Below the pieces are notes generated by a model that did no database searches, was not told the DNA's origin, and worked only from the letters and a program-made list of their open reading frames with translations. Positions 19,001-28,014 of a DNA stretch of 64,000 nt are shown one piece after another. The stretch is from positions 62,001-126,000 of the forward strand of contig NW_013657611.1 in assembly GCF_000142905.1 (NCBI RefSeq), in the 5' to 3' direction. Within the stretch, counting starts at the first letter, position 1. The number at the start of each line of letters is the position of its first letter. This stretch comes from Thecamonas trahens ATCC 50062 (lineage: Eukaryota; Protista; Apusomonadida). The position numbers were made by a program, and so were the translations under genes.

Positions 19001-20175
19001 CTGCCATCATTGCGCTTGACGACGTGCTCTCTGTCGGCCCGCTGGAGGACTCGAACACTCCGTTTGACGGCTTTGTCTTTGTCAAGATTGTGACACTCGA
19101 GCGAGTCCACTACGTGTGCGTGGCGTCGGAGGAGGTGGCGGCGGCGTTTGTGGCCGCCATCTCGGCGGCGTGCCATAAGCTGCGGGCGTCGCGGCGGGCG
19201 CTGTCATCGGCAGTGACGCAAGTCCGAGCGTCAAGCGCAGGCAGCCAGCAGGCGGTGTACGTTTACAGTGTGCCGCGGTTCAAGTCGCGGCTGCTGCTCA
19301 ATGGCCGGCGGCTGCTGTTCAATCCATTTGCGCCGTCGATGGCGTCGGCCGTTGCCCCATGGGAGGTTATCGGCGAGCTGCTGCGTGAGGGCACCATGCT
19401 CCGTGGGAGCGACGTGCACTCGGTCAAGGTCAACGCCTTTCTCGACGCCACTGTCGAGCTGAAGCGGCTGCGGATGGACGAGCAGGTGTGGAACCACAAC
19501 CAAAAGGTGGCGTTCTTCCTCAATGCCTTCCATCTCCTTGTCGTCCATGCGCTCATCGTCCTCGGGACACCGTCGTCCAAGAAGGAGGCGCGCCAGCTCT
19601 ACACCGACTACTCGTACCAGCTCGGCGAGTACGTGCTCTCGGCGGCTGAGATCGAGCACGCCATTCTCCGGGCGCCGGCGACCAAGCACCCGGCGCGGCT
19701 GCAGAAGACCCGGGCACGGGTCTCCAAGCTCAAAAAGCTGCGGTCAAAGGACCCCGTGCCGCGGTTCGAGGAATCTGATCCGCGGGCTAAGTTTGTGCTC
19801 GACCGCGTCGACTGGCGCCTCAACTTTGCCATCATCTCGGGCTCGCTTGGCTCGGTCATGACCTTCCCGGTCTACCATCCGGACCACGTCGACTCGCAGC
19901 TCAACTCGGCGACCTCGGCGTACCTCAATGCGTTCACTTCGGTCTCGGAGACAACCGCCGTCGTCACCCTTCCCAACCAGTGCGCCAAGCTCATCCCGCA
20001 CCTTGGCGCCACCCACCTTGCAGTCCTCCGCCGCCTCGAGCCGTTCTACCGTGGCTCGCTCGCCGCCGCCCTCCAGCGCGTCCTCGACTCTCGCGACAAG
20101 AACGTCTCGATTCATTTTGCCGAGCCCGAAAAGGGCGAGAAGCTAAGGTTCCACGCCGCGTTCTCCATCGCCTAG
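16024..20175 (+). CDS. Multidomain protein: N-terminal TM, DUF1769, PX-like, PH, DUF547
   Basis: ANELFEGHVSLVFR...FEIQLQGKLK (DUF1769); RVLRTYSDIRDLEAHF...ERSALDAFL (PX-like); FVKIVTLERVHYVCVASEEVAAAFVAAI (PH); KVAFFLNAFHLLVVHA...AAEIEHAILR...DWRLNFAI (DUF547). Confidence 0.8.
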   Translation: MMSTTILATFSTTALLATLLFPHLSQVVALASAAVVALLAAVVFPRLTSSAKSLPNLDTRSRSALGGSSVPATGPSAADTRSSSQGSVSFRTPVGTASHSPAASVTGLSVAVTAQAASDAADAVYGGSGRRRRRKRRKGDGDGDAADGAKAKAREKVKVRKKIRKRVLAANQEQAVGKAKAAGPEEIEVDPKDFYSPYELPLKVTNLYGTPRHIEPNTHFSIPYANELFEGHVSLVFRGEPRDPHFDSIYDSWKTVFEIQLQGKLKVKTRSTLYMGIEAMGPVSIGIIGRALGKILLKLIRSQTRGMDGTFNEGDDLRPHICFPMAMFADRFVWTPEGETPPAIGQYLDCEDDESAKARKKAATMDDRYGPDSGILTMSFRSPRLDMVNWKIIDIPGMKDINFAPYLAGLGLQIVAYDMPPDWTGIHLDSAKQYYFCFTIENTGTGVRARKSYPASVPPEYLYHPGDPRLDAALASPRDSEYEYEYVETYEYDEFARDEDEPGSGSGSSSFWSSGGGGSPHRSARRQAADDDDDDDDDDDLDADMDDPFEASLFSPELTTTLKTPGARYSSISVPALIEYYPHNKRRVLYVVHAVPAASSSASATALASPPPPLTLPMYSPPPSIAISPESETGRMTYASASDSSDAGASSGSGHADPPTPSRPTLPYVRGRSGSAGSRSERATGAGGADAASSADSFSNSSAWTEVEEIGEAAVPIRSQADPEGLRVSRSARSLTSLKRGSKRSSSGSRSQSRSRSRSRSRSGSNSSRLPPTTLSARRTETSGSEYSSGSCSSKYEARRAVARAPRRRSGEKGRRASGGPSRFVGVSLSPLAGEYNRFSAVAPAVSGVRRVLRTYSDIRDLEAHFRSHSISRKGLKNPKVRRYSRLAKERSALDAFLSNVASARSPAAQQLLALFLTDTVSGDARFFLSGAHERDAADLSTQVKFHTSAVRALDETYWREETALLYSDNLSFCQFKRKARLHKRQRVQEEVTAIIALDDVLSVGPLEDSNTPFDGFVFVKIVTLERVHYVCVASEEVAAAFVAAISAACHKLRASRRALSSAVTQVRASSAGSQQAVYVYSVPRFKSRLLLNGRRLLFNPFAPSMASAVAPWEVIGELLREGTMLRGSDVHSVKVNAFLDATVELKRLRMDEQVWNHNQKVAFFLNAFHLLVVHALIVLGTPSSKKEARQLYTDYSYQLGEYVLSAAEIEHAILRAPATKHPARLQKTRARVSKLKKLRSKDPVPRFEESDPRAKFVLDRVDWRLNFAIISGSLGSVMTFPVYHPDHVDSQLNSATSAYLNAFTSVSETTAVVTLPNQCAKLIPHLGATHLAVLRRLEPFYRGSLAAALQRVLDSRDKNVSIHFAEPEKGEKLRFHAAFSIA

Positions 20176-20301
20176 CGGGGCCAAGTTCTTTCCTGCTCCT
20201 ACTCATCTCCTTTCCCATCCCCTTTGCTGCCCCTATCAAAGACATACTCGCGTTGCTCCTTCCGCAGCACTTGTCTCCGGCAGACGTTTGTGATCGGCAT
20301 C

Positions 20302-21075
20302 ATGTCGGCAGCGATAAGCGTCAAGTCGCGCTTCGGGAGCAATGCCGAGGCCACACACCCGCCGATTGTGCACTTTACCCGGTACTACGCCCACGCCCGC
20401 GATCGGTCGCAGCGGAGCTCCGAGCGCCAGTTTCCGGGCGTGCATAACGCGCTGCTCTCCACCGTGTCGCCCGATGGCTTTCCGGACGCGCGGACCGTCT
20501 CACTCCACGAGTACTCTGACGATGGCTTTGTCTTTTGCACCGCCCGTGGCTCGCCCAAAGCCCGTCAGCTTCTCGCGAGCGGGACGGCGGCACTGACGTT
20601 CCTTTGGCCGCCGTCGCAATCGCAGGTGAGGATTATGGGCCGGGTGACCGAGCAATCGCGCGAGGCGACGCTCGCGCTGTTTGACGCGTGCACGCCCCGC
20701 GAGCAGGCCTACTACGTCCGTACCGGCAGCGGCGGCCAGTTCGGCCAGTCTCAAGTCGTGGCGGTGGTGGAAGATTGCCATGATGCCCAACAGGCGGTCG
20801 ATGACGCCGGCCCCGAGTATGCCCTACCGGACGGTTGGACTTCGTTTATCCTCCTCCCGCACGTAGTCGAGTTCCTCTGCCTCGCGCAGGCCTCGCGCAT
20901 GCGGTACATCCATGTTGAGCGGTGTCGTGAGTCCGGACCGGTCCATGTCCTCCATACCCTCCCGCTCGAGGCCGGTGGGGAAGAAGAGGCCGACGCGGGC
21001 GAGGGCGAGGGCGAGCTGGCGAGGGGCGGACGCGATGCCGGGCATGGATGGTACCGGCAGGATCTGGCCATGTGA
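20302..21075 (+). CDS. Pyridoxamine 5'-phosphate oxidase family FMN-binding protein (divergent)
   Basis: NALLSTVSPDGFPDARTVSLHEYSDDGFVFCTARGSPKARQL...ALTFLWP..QVRIMGRV and QSQVV. Confidence 0.85.
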   Translation: MSAAISVKSRFGSNAEATHPPIVHFTRYYAHARDRSQRSSERQFPGVHNALLSTVSPDGFPDARTVSLHEYSDDGFVFCTARGSPKARQLLASGTAALTFLWPPSQSQVRIMGRVTEQSREATLALFDACTPREQAYYVRTGSGGQFGQSQVVAVVEDCHDAQQAVDDAGPEYALPDGWTSFILLPHVVEFLCLAQASRMRYIHVERCRESGPVHVLHTLPLEAGGEEEADAGEGEGELARGGRDAGHGWYRQDLAM

Positions 21076-21120
21076 ACGAAGCGGTGTCATGTTACTGGCT
21101 CACAGGAGTACAGGTGTTAG

Positions 21121-22114
21121 TTACGGGACCGACGAGTACGACGTGCCCGACGAGGTAACCTGACGGATCTTGTCGTAGGTAAAGGCACAGCCGTCCTTGA
21201 TGAGGCCCGGGATCGAGGCCCAGAACGACTTGTGCGGAAGGAGGCCGACGACGCCGCGCTCGCCCTTCTTGTACTGCCAGGCCATGCCGGCAATGAGGTA
21301 AACAACAGAGAGGACGAGGGCGATGATGAGGATGATGGAGCCAAGGGAGAGGCCCGACTTTTGGCCGGCGAGCCGCCGTTACCGCCAGCATTGGGGCACG
21401 CGTTGGCGTGCTTTGCCGAGAACGAGTAGACGCACGCGGCGTAGCCATCGTAGCTGAACTTGAGGTCACCGGTGACAGAGCGATCACAGGTGAGGGTCAG
21501 CTTTGCCTGGTTGCCCGAGGGGAGGCAATCACTATCTGTGACGCCGCCCATAGTAAGGATAAAGCCTTCGTCGGAGGAGCTGGAGAGCGATGAGAAGGAG
21601 TACTTTTCGGCACCAAGGATCTTGTTCTCGCTGGCGCCTGGGCCCCATTCCTGGCACACGGTGATGTCCGACTGACCGCTGCACACCGACGAGGAGAGGG
21701 GCTCACAGATGGCGATGTCGTACGTGTACTGTGCGTCCGAGAACACATACCCCTTACCACTAAGCACACACACACATACACATGGGTATGTAACCATGAG
21801 TCATCTCCACATACCCTCCTTCCCCACCCCCCCCCTTGCCCCGTGCCGTGGCCAGGTCACGTGAGCCCGTGATGGCCCTCGCACCAGCCATCACACAGGT
21901 CACCACCACCATCACCACCATCACTGCCAGTAACAACAGCAGCAGCAGAAGTAGTATCACACACACACACACACACACACTCGCTTGTTTTGGGAACATA
22001 CCCGTTGCGAAAGAGGTTAGCGTTGTATGGGGCAAAGCTAGGGCACTCGGCATGGGCTACACTGGCTGCAGCAAGTAGGAGCAGGACGGCGGCAAAGGCC
22101 AGCTCCCGCGACAT
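21121..22114 (-). CDS. Mannose-6-phosphate receptor/Atg27-like type I membrane protein; exons 22114-22002 and 21759-21121; -1 frame break at 21359-21362
   Basis: Signal peptide MSRELAFAAVLLLLAAASVAHA; GTATGT...TTAG intron; MRH cysteines (YDIAICEP, LTLTCD, CVYSFSAKHANACP). The shifted frame gives GLSLGSIILIIALVLSVVYLIAGMAW...LPHKSFWASIPGLIKDGCAFT. Confidence 0.85.
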
Positions 22115-22199
22115 GATGGCACCTGCTGGCGTTGAGTGGTGGTCGCTGAGAGGGGGCATGGTGGGGTGGATGTTTGACTGGCTAACCTCGGGTTGGCAG

Positions 22200-23531
22200 C
22201 TACACCTGCGCAGCAAGGTAGTCGCGGACAAGCTGCTTGTGGACGTCCTTGACGACCATGTACTCGGACATGAGAGTGTCGACGGTGTCGGGCGCGGCGC
22301 GGGCGCGGGCGGCGGCGACGACGGCGGCAGCACGAGCGCCGGACCGGCAGTGGACAAGGACCGGCTTGGGGGCGGCGTCAAAGGCGGCAACGGCGGCGGT
22401 GAGGTCGGCGACTGTCGGGCCCGACGGCGGGATGGGCGCGGCGGCAAACGAGAGGCCTGCGGCGGCAACGGCCTCGCCCTCGTTCTCCAGGTGGCCGTCC
22501 TCGTTGGCGGCGGCAACGTCGACGATCGAGGCGACCAGCCCCTTGTCGGCGAGATATGTCAGGTCGTCAGTGGAAAGCCACGGGCCGACGAGAACATCGT
22601 TGTCGATGATGCGGAACTTGCCCTGGCGAGCCACAAATTCGTCGATGCTGCCAAAGAGGTTGATCGGCATCTTGAGGTAGCGGACGCCGTTGACCTCGGC
22701 CTCGGGCAGCTTGCCGGCGCGGACGTTGAGCTGGATGGACGGCACAAAGAGGCGCGGGAGCGAGAGCGTGGCGTCACGCTCGGCGCGCCAGTTCACAAAC
22801 TGCTCCTCGTCCGTCCCCAAGGCAACGTGCTTGTTCGACGCCTTCTGCGCACCGATGGTCGACTCGAAGACGTAGTCGGATCGGTCGCCGGGCGCGTAGT
22901 CGTGGCAGGTGAACAGGCGGGTCTCGTCCGGGAGAGCAAACAGCTTTTGGACCGAGTTCCAGAGGACCTCAGACGAGCCACCAGGAAAGTCGCAGCGAGC
23001 GGTGCCCATGTCGGGCATGAAGATAGTGTCGCCGACAAAGACAGCGTCGCCCGGCAGGTAGTACGAGACGCACGCCGGGGTATGGCCCGGAGTGGAGAGG
23101 ACGTTGACCTCGAGCGAGCCGATGGCAAACGTCTCGCCCTCCTTGAACAGCTTGTCAAAGTCGCGGCCGTCCGGAATGAGATCGCCCCAGTTGAAGACGG
23201 TCTTGAAGATGGACTGGACGGTCTTGATGTGCTCGCCAATGCCAGTCGTCCCGCCGACCTTTGACTGAACATAGCGCGAGGCCGAGATGTGATCAGCATG
23301 AGCATGGGTATCCAGAACCCACTCACAACGCAGTTCGCGCTCGTTGATGACAGCAATGATCTTGTCGACCTCAGTCGTCGAAGTCACGCCGGAAACAGCA
23401 TTATACTCGAGGACGGAATCAATGACAGCACATGCTGACGTAGTCTCGTCAATGACAAGGTACTGCGCCGTGTGGGAGTCCGGCTCATGGAAGACAATGA
23501 CTGTCGCCTTGTTCTCGTTGGTTGCACTCAT
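22200..23531 (-). CDS. Persulfide dioxygenase (ETHE1/PdoA-type MBL fold) fused to C-terminal DUF442 sulfurtransferase-like domain
   Basis: LDTHAHADH, TPGHTPAC, FVGDTIFMPDMGTARCDFPGGS, CHDY, RDATLSLPRLFVPSIQLNVRAG; C-terminal PKPVLVHCRSGARA. Confidence 0.9.
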   Translation of the reverse strand: MSATNENKATVIVFHEPDSHTAQYLVIDETTSACAVIDSVLEYNAVSGVTSTTEVDKIIAVINERELRCEWVLDTHAHADHISASRYVQSKVGGTTGIGEHIKTVQSIFKTVFNWGDLIPDGRDFDKLFKEGETFAIGSLEVNVLSTPGHTPACVSYYLPGDAVFVGDTIFMPDMGTARCDFPGGSSEVLWNSVQKLFALPDETRLFTCHDYAPGDRSDYVFESTIGAQKASNKHVALGTDEEQFVNWRAERDATLSLPRLFVPSIQLNVRAGKLPEAEVNGVRYLKMPINLFGSIDEFVARQGKFRIIDNDVLVGPWLSTDDLTYLADKGLVASIVDVAAANEDGHLENEGEAVAAAGLSFAAAPIPPSGPTVADLTAAVAAFDAAPKPVLVHCRSGARAAAVVAAARARAAPDTVDTLMSEYMVVKDVHKQLVRDYLAAQV

Positions 23532-23831
23532 GTTATACAGCAGGTATATGAAGTGTGGCAAGACAGAGAGACAGAGAGAGACAGAGAGAGAGAGAGAGAG
23601 ATAGGTAAGGGTGACGAAACGCTATTCGTTAGTTTGTTCGTTGGCTGTGTGTGTGTTTGGCCGCAATGGCCGCAGCCCAATCCCCACCCCCCATGGATTT
23701 GGCTAAGGTTTTTATGTCTCAATCTCTAAATTGCGGCAGAGGGTTATCGTGATTGGCCTCATCAAATCGAGGTGATTTGGGTAGGTGAGGGTCAAGGGTG
23801 CAAGGAAGGAGGTGGATATGTATGTTGATTG

Positions 23832-25577
23832 TTAGGCGACAGCGAGCTCGAAGCGACAGTTGGGACACGAGGGCTTGGAGGAGAGCCAGGGGTGGACGCA
23901 GTCCTTGTGGAACACGTGGTCGCAAGGGAGGATGCAGACGGTGTCGCCGGTGGCAAGGTCATCGATGCAGATCGAGCATGTTCGCGTGCCGAGAGAAAGG
24001 TCGGGCTGGTAGGTGGCGAGCGGGAGGAGTGCCAACTGGTCGGGCGTGAGGCCGACGGGCTGCGGCGGTGGAGCAGGGCTCGGCTCGGGCATCCGGCCAA
24101 ACATGGCGACGAGCTGCGGCGGGAGAGTGATAGAGATCGAGCTCGAAGCGCCGAGCGCGTTGAGGCCGTTGACGATGCGGACCATTTCAGTGTAGAGCCG
24201 ATGGTGCGTGACAAGCTGCTGGACAAGGACAAGCTCGTCGTAGAACGACCTCGACTCGGGCGCGGTCGCCGCGGCCGACAACTCGCTCTCGGCGTTGAGC
24301 AACTGGCCAAAGACCCGCTCGAGCTGCAGTCGCAACGGGAGAAAGGCCTCCTGGACTCGAGTCTGCTGGTGGGCAACCACGGCATCGGCGTCAACTTGGT
24401 CGTCGTCTGACGAGTCCGAGATGCTGATGGAGAGATCAAAGGCAGAGCGGGTCGGCGACGGCGGCGGCGACGGCGACGAGGACGACGAGGACGACGACGG
24501 GATGTTGGACCAGGGTGCCATAGACCGACGCAGCACATCATCGGCCGACGCCGCCAAGGCGTCAGGCATGTGGCTGCCGGTGGCAGTCCGTCCGCTCGTG
24601 CGCTGCCGGCGGTCCAGACGTCGCCGGTAGCGAGCGATCTCGAGCGGCGGCGGTGCCGCCAACGACGACGACGACGACGACGACGATGAGAGTGATGATA
24701 GCGATGACGACGAGTCCAGAAGCGTGTCGAGGAACGAGAGCCGCGGCTCGTGCTCATCATCCGAGTCGGACTGGCGAGTGCCGCTGCGAGTGCGAGCGCG
24801 GCCGAAGGCTTGGCTGGGAGTGGGTCTGCGCGGGACCGCGGGCGTCTCTGGCACCCGCTCGCGGGCCTCGAGTCGCTGCGCTGACGCGCTGGCCTCGGCG
24901 AGCATGTTGGTCAGTGAGCTCGAATGCTGCATGGACGGCTGGGGAGCGTCTGCTCGCGCCGGCGGTTGGCGGCGACGTGAGCGATGGCTGCGGCGCGACG
25001 GGACCGAGCGAGGAGGCTGCTCCGACGGCAAGGGCGACGACGACGACGGAGCGGGCTGGCGGATCCGCCTCGCACGCTCACGCAGTCGCTCCTCGACTCG
25101 AGCCTCAACCCGGGCCTCGCGGGCCGCCACCAGCCTCGCGTTGCGCTGGGCGACGGCATCTGCAGCGCGAGTTGACGCCCGCAGCGTCTCGATCGACGAA
25201 GACGACGACGGGGGAGGCGGCTGTGGCTGCGGCTGCGGGCCGCTCCGCGACCGATGCGCGCTCCGTGAAGGAATGGCCGGCGAGCGAGCACGGGTCGGTG
25301 GTGATGGCGAGGATGGGGCCAACAGACTTGCGCGATCTGTGGTCGACCGTGAACGGAGGAGTGTGCGGTCTGGTCGAGACCTGTGGTGAAGCGGCCGAGC
25401 CTGGCCCCCGTACGACGAGTTGAGCCTGGACAGCGAGGACAACGACGACATGGGAGTGCCTTGCTGCTGGGGTGATTCAGGAGCCATCCTTGGCGCTGTC
25501 CGTGGCGCGCCCAATGAACGCGCAGAGCGCAGCTGGGGAGGTGGGGTGCGGCCGTGGTGTTCGCTGGCTGTTGTCAT
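23832..25577 (-). CDS. RING-H2 E3 ubiquitin ligase with long disordered N-terminus
   Basis: CSICIDDLATGDTVCILPCDHVFHKDCVHPWLSSKPSCPNCR at the C-terminus; start uncertain (MTTASEH). Confidence 0.85.
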   Translation of the reverse strand: MTTASEHHGRTPPPQLRSARSLGAPRTAPRMAPESPQQQGTPMSSLSSLSRLNSSYGGQARPLHHRSRPDRTLLRSRSTTDRASLLAPSSPSPPTRARSPAIPSRSAHRSRSGPQPQPQPPPPSSSSSIETLRASTRAADAVAQRNARLVAAREARVEARVEERLRERARRIRQPAPSSSSPLPSEQPPRSVPSRRSHRSRRRQPPARADAPQPSMQHSSSLTNMLAEASASAQRLEARERVPETPAVPRRPTPSQAFGRARTRSGTRQSDSDDEHEPRLSFLDTLLDSSSSLSSLSSSSSSSSSLAAPPPLEIARYRRRLDRRQRTSGRTATGSHMPDALAASADDVLRRSMAPWSNIPSSSSSSSSPSPPPSPTRSAFDLSISISDSSDDDQVDADAVVAHQQTRVQEAFLPLRLQLERVFGQLLNAESELSAAATAPESRSFYDELVLVQQLVTHHRLYTEMVRIVNGLNALGASSSISITLPPQLVAMFGRMPEPSPAPPPQPVGLTPDQLALLPLATYQPDLSLGTRTCSICIDDLATGDTVCILPCDHVFHKDCVHPWLSSKPSCPNCRFELAVA

Positions 25578-25783
25578 GCGTCGAGGAGGGGGACGAGGGC
25601 CACGGGTATGGTGTGCACGGGCATGGGTATGTGTTCGCTGGGGAGCTCCCGACGTGGAACTGGACCTGAACAACAACTGCACCGGAGTCCGAGTCCGCGC
25701 ACTTGCGTTAAGCGCATGCCGGCTCGGGTGCGGCATATGGGCGGAGGAGGCGTGGGGAGAGGGGAGAATCTTCCCTTGTCCCA

Positions 25784-25939
25784 CACCACCATCGATTGTT
25801 TGTTGTTCCAATAGTCGTAGCCCACCCACCGACTGCCACTCACCACCACCATCGATTGTTTGTTGTTCCAATAGTCGTAGCCCACCCACCGACTGCCACT
25901 CACCACCACCATCGATTGTTTGTTGTTCCAATAGTCGTA
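25784..25939. repeat. Perfect 60-bp tandem repeat, ~2.6 copies, intergenic
   Basis: Unit caccaccatcgattgtttgttgttccaatagtcgtagcccacccaccgactgccactcac; lines 25801 and 25861 are identical. Confidence 0.97.
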
Positions 25940-25985
25940 ATCGTCCACACCCCTCCCTCGCCCCCTCCCCCCCCCCCACACACAC

Positions 25986-27709
25986 ATGTCCCAAATCAAC
26001 ACCGCGTTTGTGCTGGACGCATGCGTGGTCGACGTTCCGGTGTTAGACAGAGCAGTCTTCCGCCAATGGCTAGCAGGCCGCTCAGGTAGGCCCACCTTCC
26101 CCCCCCTCCCCCCCCTCCCACCCACCCCCTCCCACCCCCTCCTCACCCTCACCCTCTCCACACAGTGGCAGAAGCTACCAACGCACGGATGGAAGAGCTG
26201 CGAGTCAATGCGCAAACTGGACGGGGATTTGTGCTTGCCGATGTGAGGGATCAGTTCCGGTCGTTCAAGGTGCTGCAGCCGTACCTGGCCAAGCCGCAGC
26301 ATCTGGCCATGCAGATGATGCTTACGGTGTCTGTGGCGGACACGCGGTGGCTGTTGGAGGAGTACTACTCGTTTGATGGTCCGGTATTCAGAGAAGTGGT
26401 CGGAAAGAAGCTCTCGTCTAAGACTCGCCGCGATCTGGATGATGTGGCCGAGCGGAGCCACGTCGAGCTAGTCTCCTGCCAACGACAGTTTGACAACCTC
26501 CGCACCATCTTTATCACCTGCGAGCAGTTTCTCCAACACGCGGCCGAGAACTCTGACAAGCCGTTTGTTCTCGCCCACTCGTACACTGTCGGAGATCTCC
26601 GCCGCGCTCCACACGTCCACAGTGAGTCCAACACTCCGCTGGGATCACCGTCTTCGCCGCTCCACACCCGCTCGCTCGGCAACGCAGCGCAGTTTGATGC
26701 CGCCGTTGCGTCACGGACCTCGTCGTGGGCCTCACGCGGAAGCCCTTCGCCGACTGCTGCCGCCGCCGTCGATGCCTTTGGCCCGCCGACTCAGCGCGCG
26801 TCGGCCGGCGACCTCGCACATCGTCCGCTGTCGGGCGAGATGGGCCCGCCGCCACCGCACACGACGCGATCGGCCGGCGCCTCGCAGAACAACTCGCTCG
26901 AGCTGCTCCAGCTTCCGCAGTACGGCGGTGGAGGAGCCGGCGATGACGGCGGGTCGTCCGGGCGGGTCACGCCCGACGCCGCCGAGCCGTCGCCGGCCAT
27001 GGCGGGCACTGATGGCACCTCGTGGCAGCTCGCCTTTGCACCGGGCACCTCGCTCAACGCTGTTGTCGCCACAACCTTTGTCATTCCGCCGTCGCTCGCC
27101 GATCGCTACGTCCGCGCCCTCGTCATTGTGGGCAACCGCATCGAGGTCTCCAAGAAGCGGCTAGCCTTTCTCCGCTACGGCGACCTCGACGCAGTTGCGG
27201 CCATCATTGCTGAACAGTGGATCCAGCCGTCGGCCTCGTCGTCATCATCCGGCATGCAAACCTGGCGCCTCGACGCCCGCTTTGCCGACGCTCTCCGCGA
27301 CGTCAAGTCGCTGCTGCAAGACCGCGAGGTGCTCGACACCTACCGGCGGCTCGCTCTCTCGCGGCTCGCCACCTCGCCAGGCTTCTCGGACCAGGTCCTT
27401 GCCGCCATCAAAGCCAAGCTCAAGGAGCTCCTCCGCTCGCTCATCTCCATCGGTGGCGGGCTCTGTCAACCCAAGGAGTTCCGCGACGTCCTCCTTGATC
27501 TCTTTGACGGCCCTGTCGAGCTCTTTGCCGCGGCCTCGGTCTCAGTTGATCAGGTCCACCACGTCTTTACCGTCCTCCAGCAGACCTTTTCCGGTCTCGA
27601 CGAGCTCCAAGTCCGCAATCGCCGCTCGTTCCTCATGCCCTGGCGCCGCTACCTCGCCGGCGCCCGTGACATCACCACCTTTCTCCTCCGCCGCTACCCC
27701 ACGAGCTAG
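25986..27709 (+). CDS. FIBP: Acidic FGF intracellular-binding protein homologue; intron 26086-26165
   Basis: VFRQWLAG, YYSFDGPVFREVVGKKLSSKTRRDLDDVAERSHVELVSCQRQFDNL and NRIEVSKKRLAFL match FIBP; C-rich GTAGGC...CACAG phase-1 intron. Confidence 0.9.
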
Positions 27710-28014
27710 TCGCTCCGCGCCTCGCCCCTCTCCGTCCGCCCACGACCAATACTTAACACATGCCCTTGCAACTGTTGTTGTCTCCCCCAAATGCAGTCAC
27801 TACTTTCCGACATCGCCCGCCTCATCGCGCATGACATGCCCGCCTGTCAACCCAACCCGCCCGCCCTCCCACCGCTGATTGCCCTCTCACGCGCGAAGTC
27901 GCACTCGTCTCCCAAACCCTCCTCCCAACACACACACTACACACTACACACTACACACCACACACCACACCACACCACACCACCACCAACATCTCCACCA
28001 GCATCTCCACACAC

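Noticed and set aside
25784-25939. CRISPR-like array
   Set aside because: Units are wholly identical with no unique spacers, there are no cas genes, and the context is eukaryotic.
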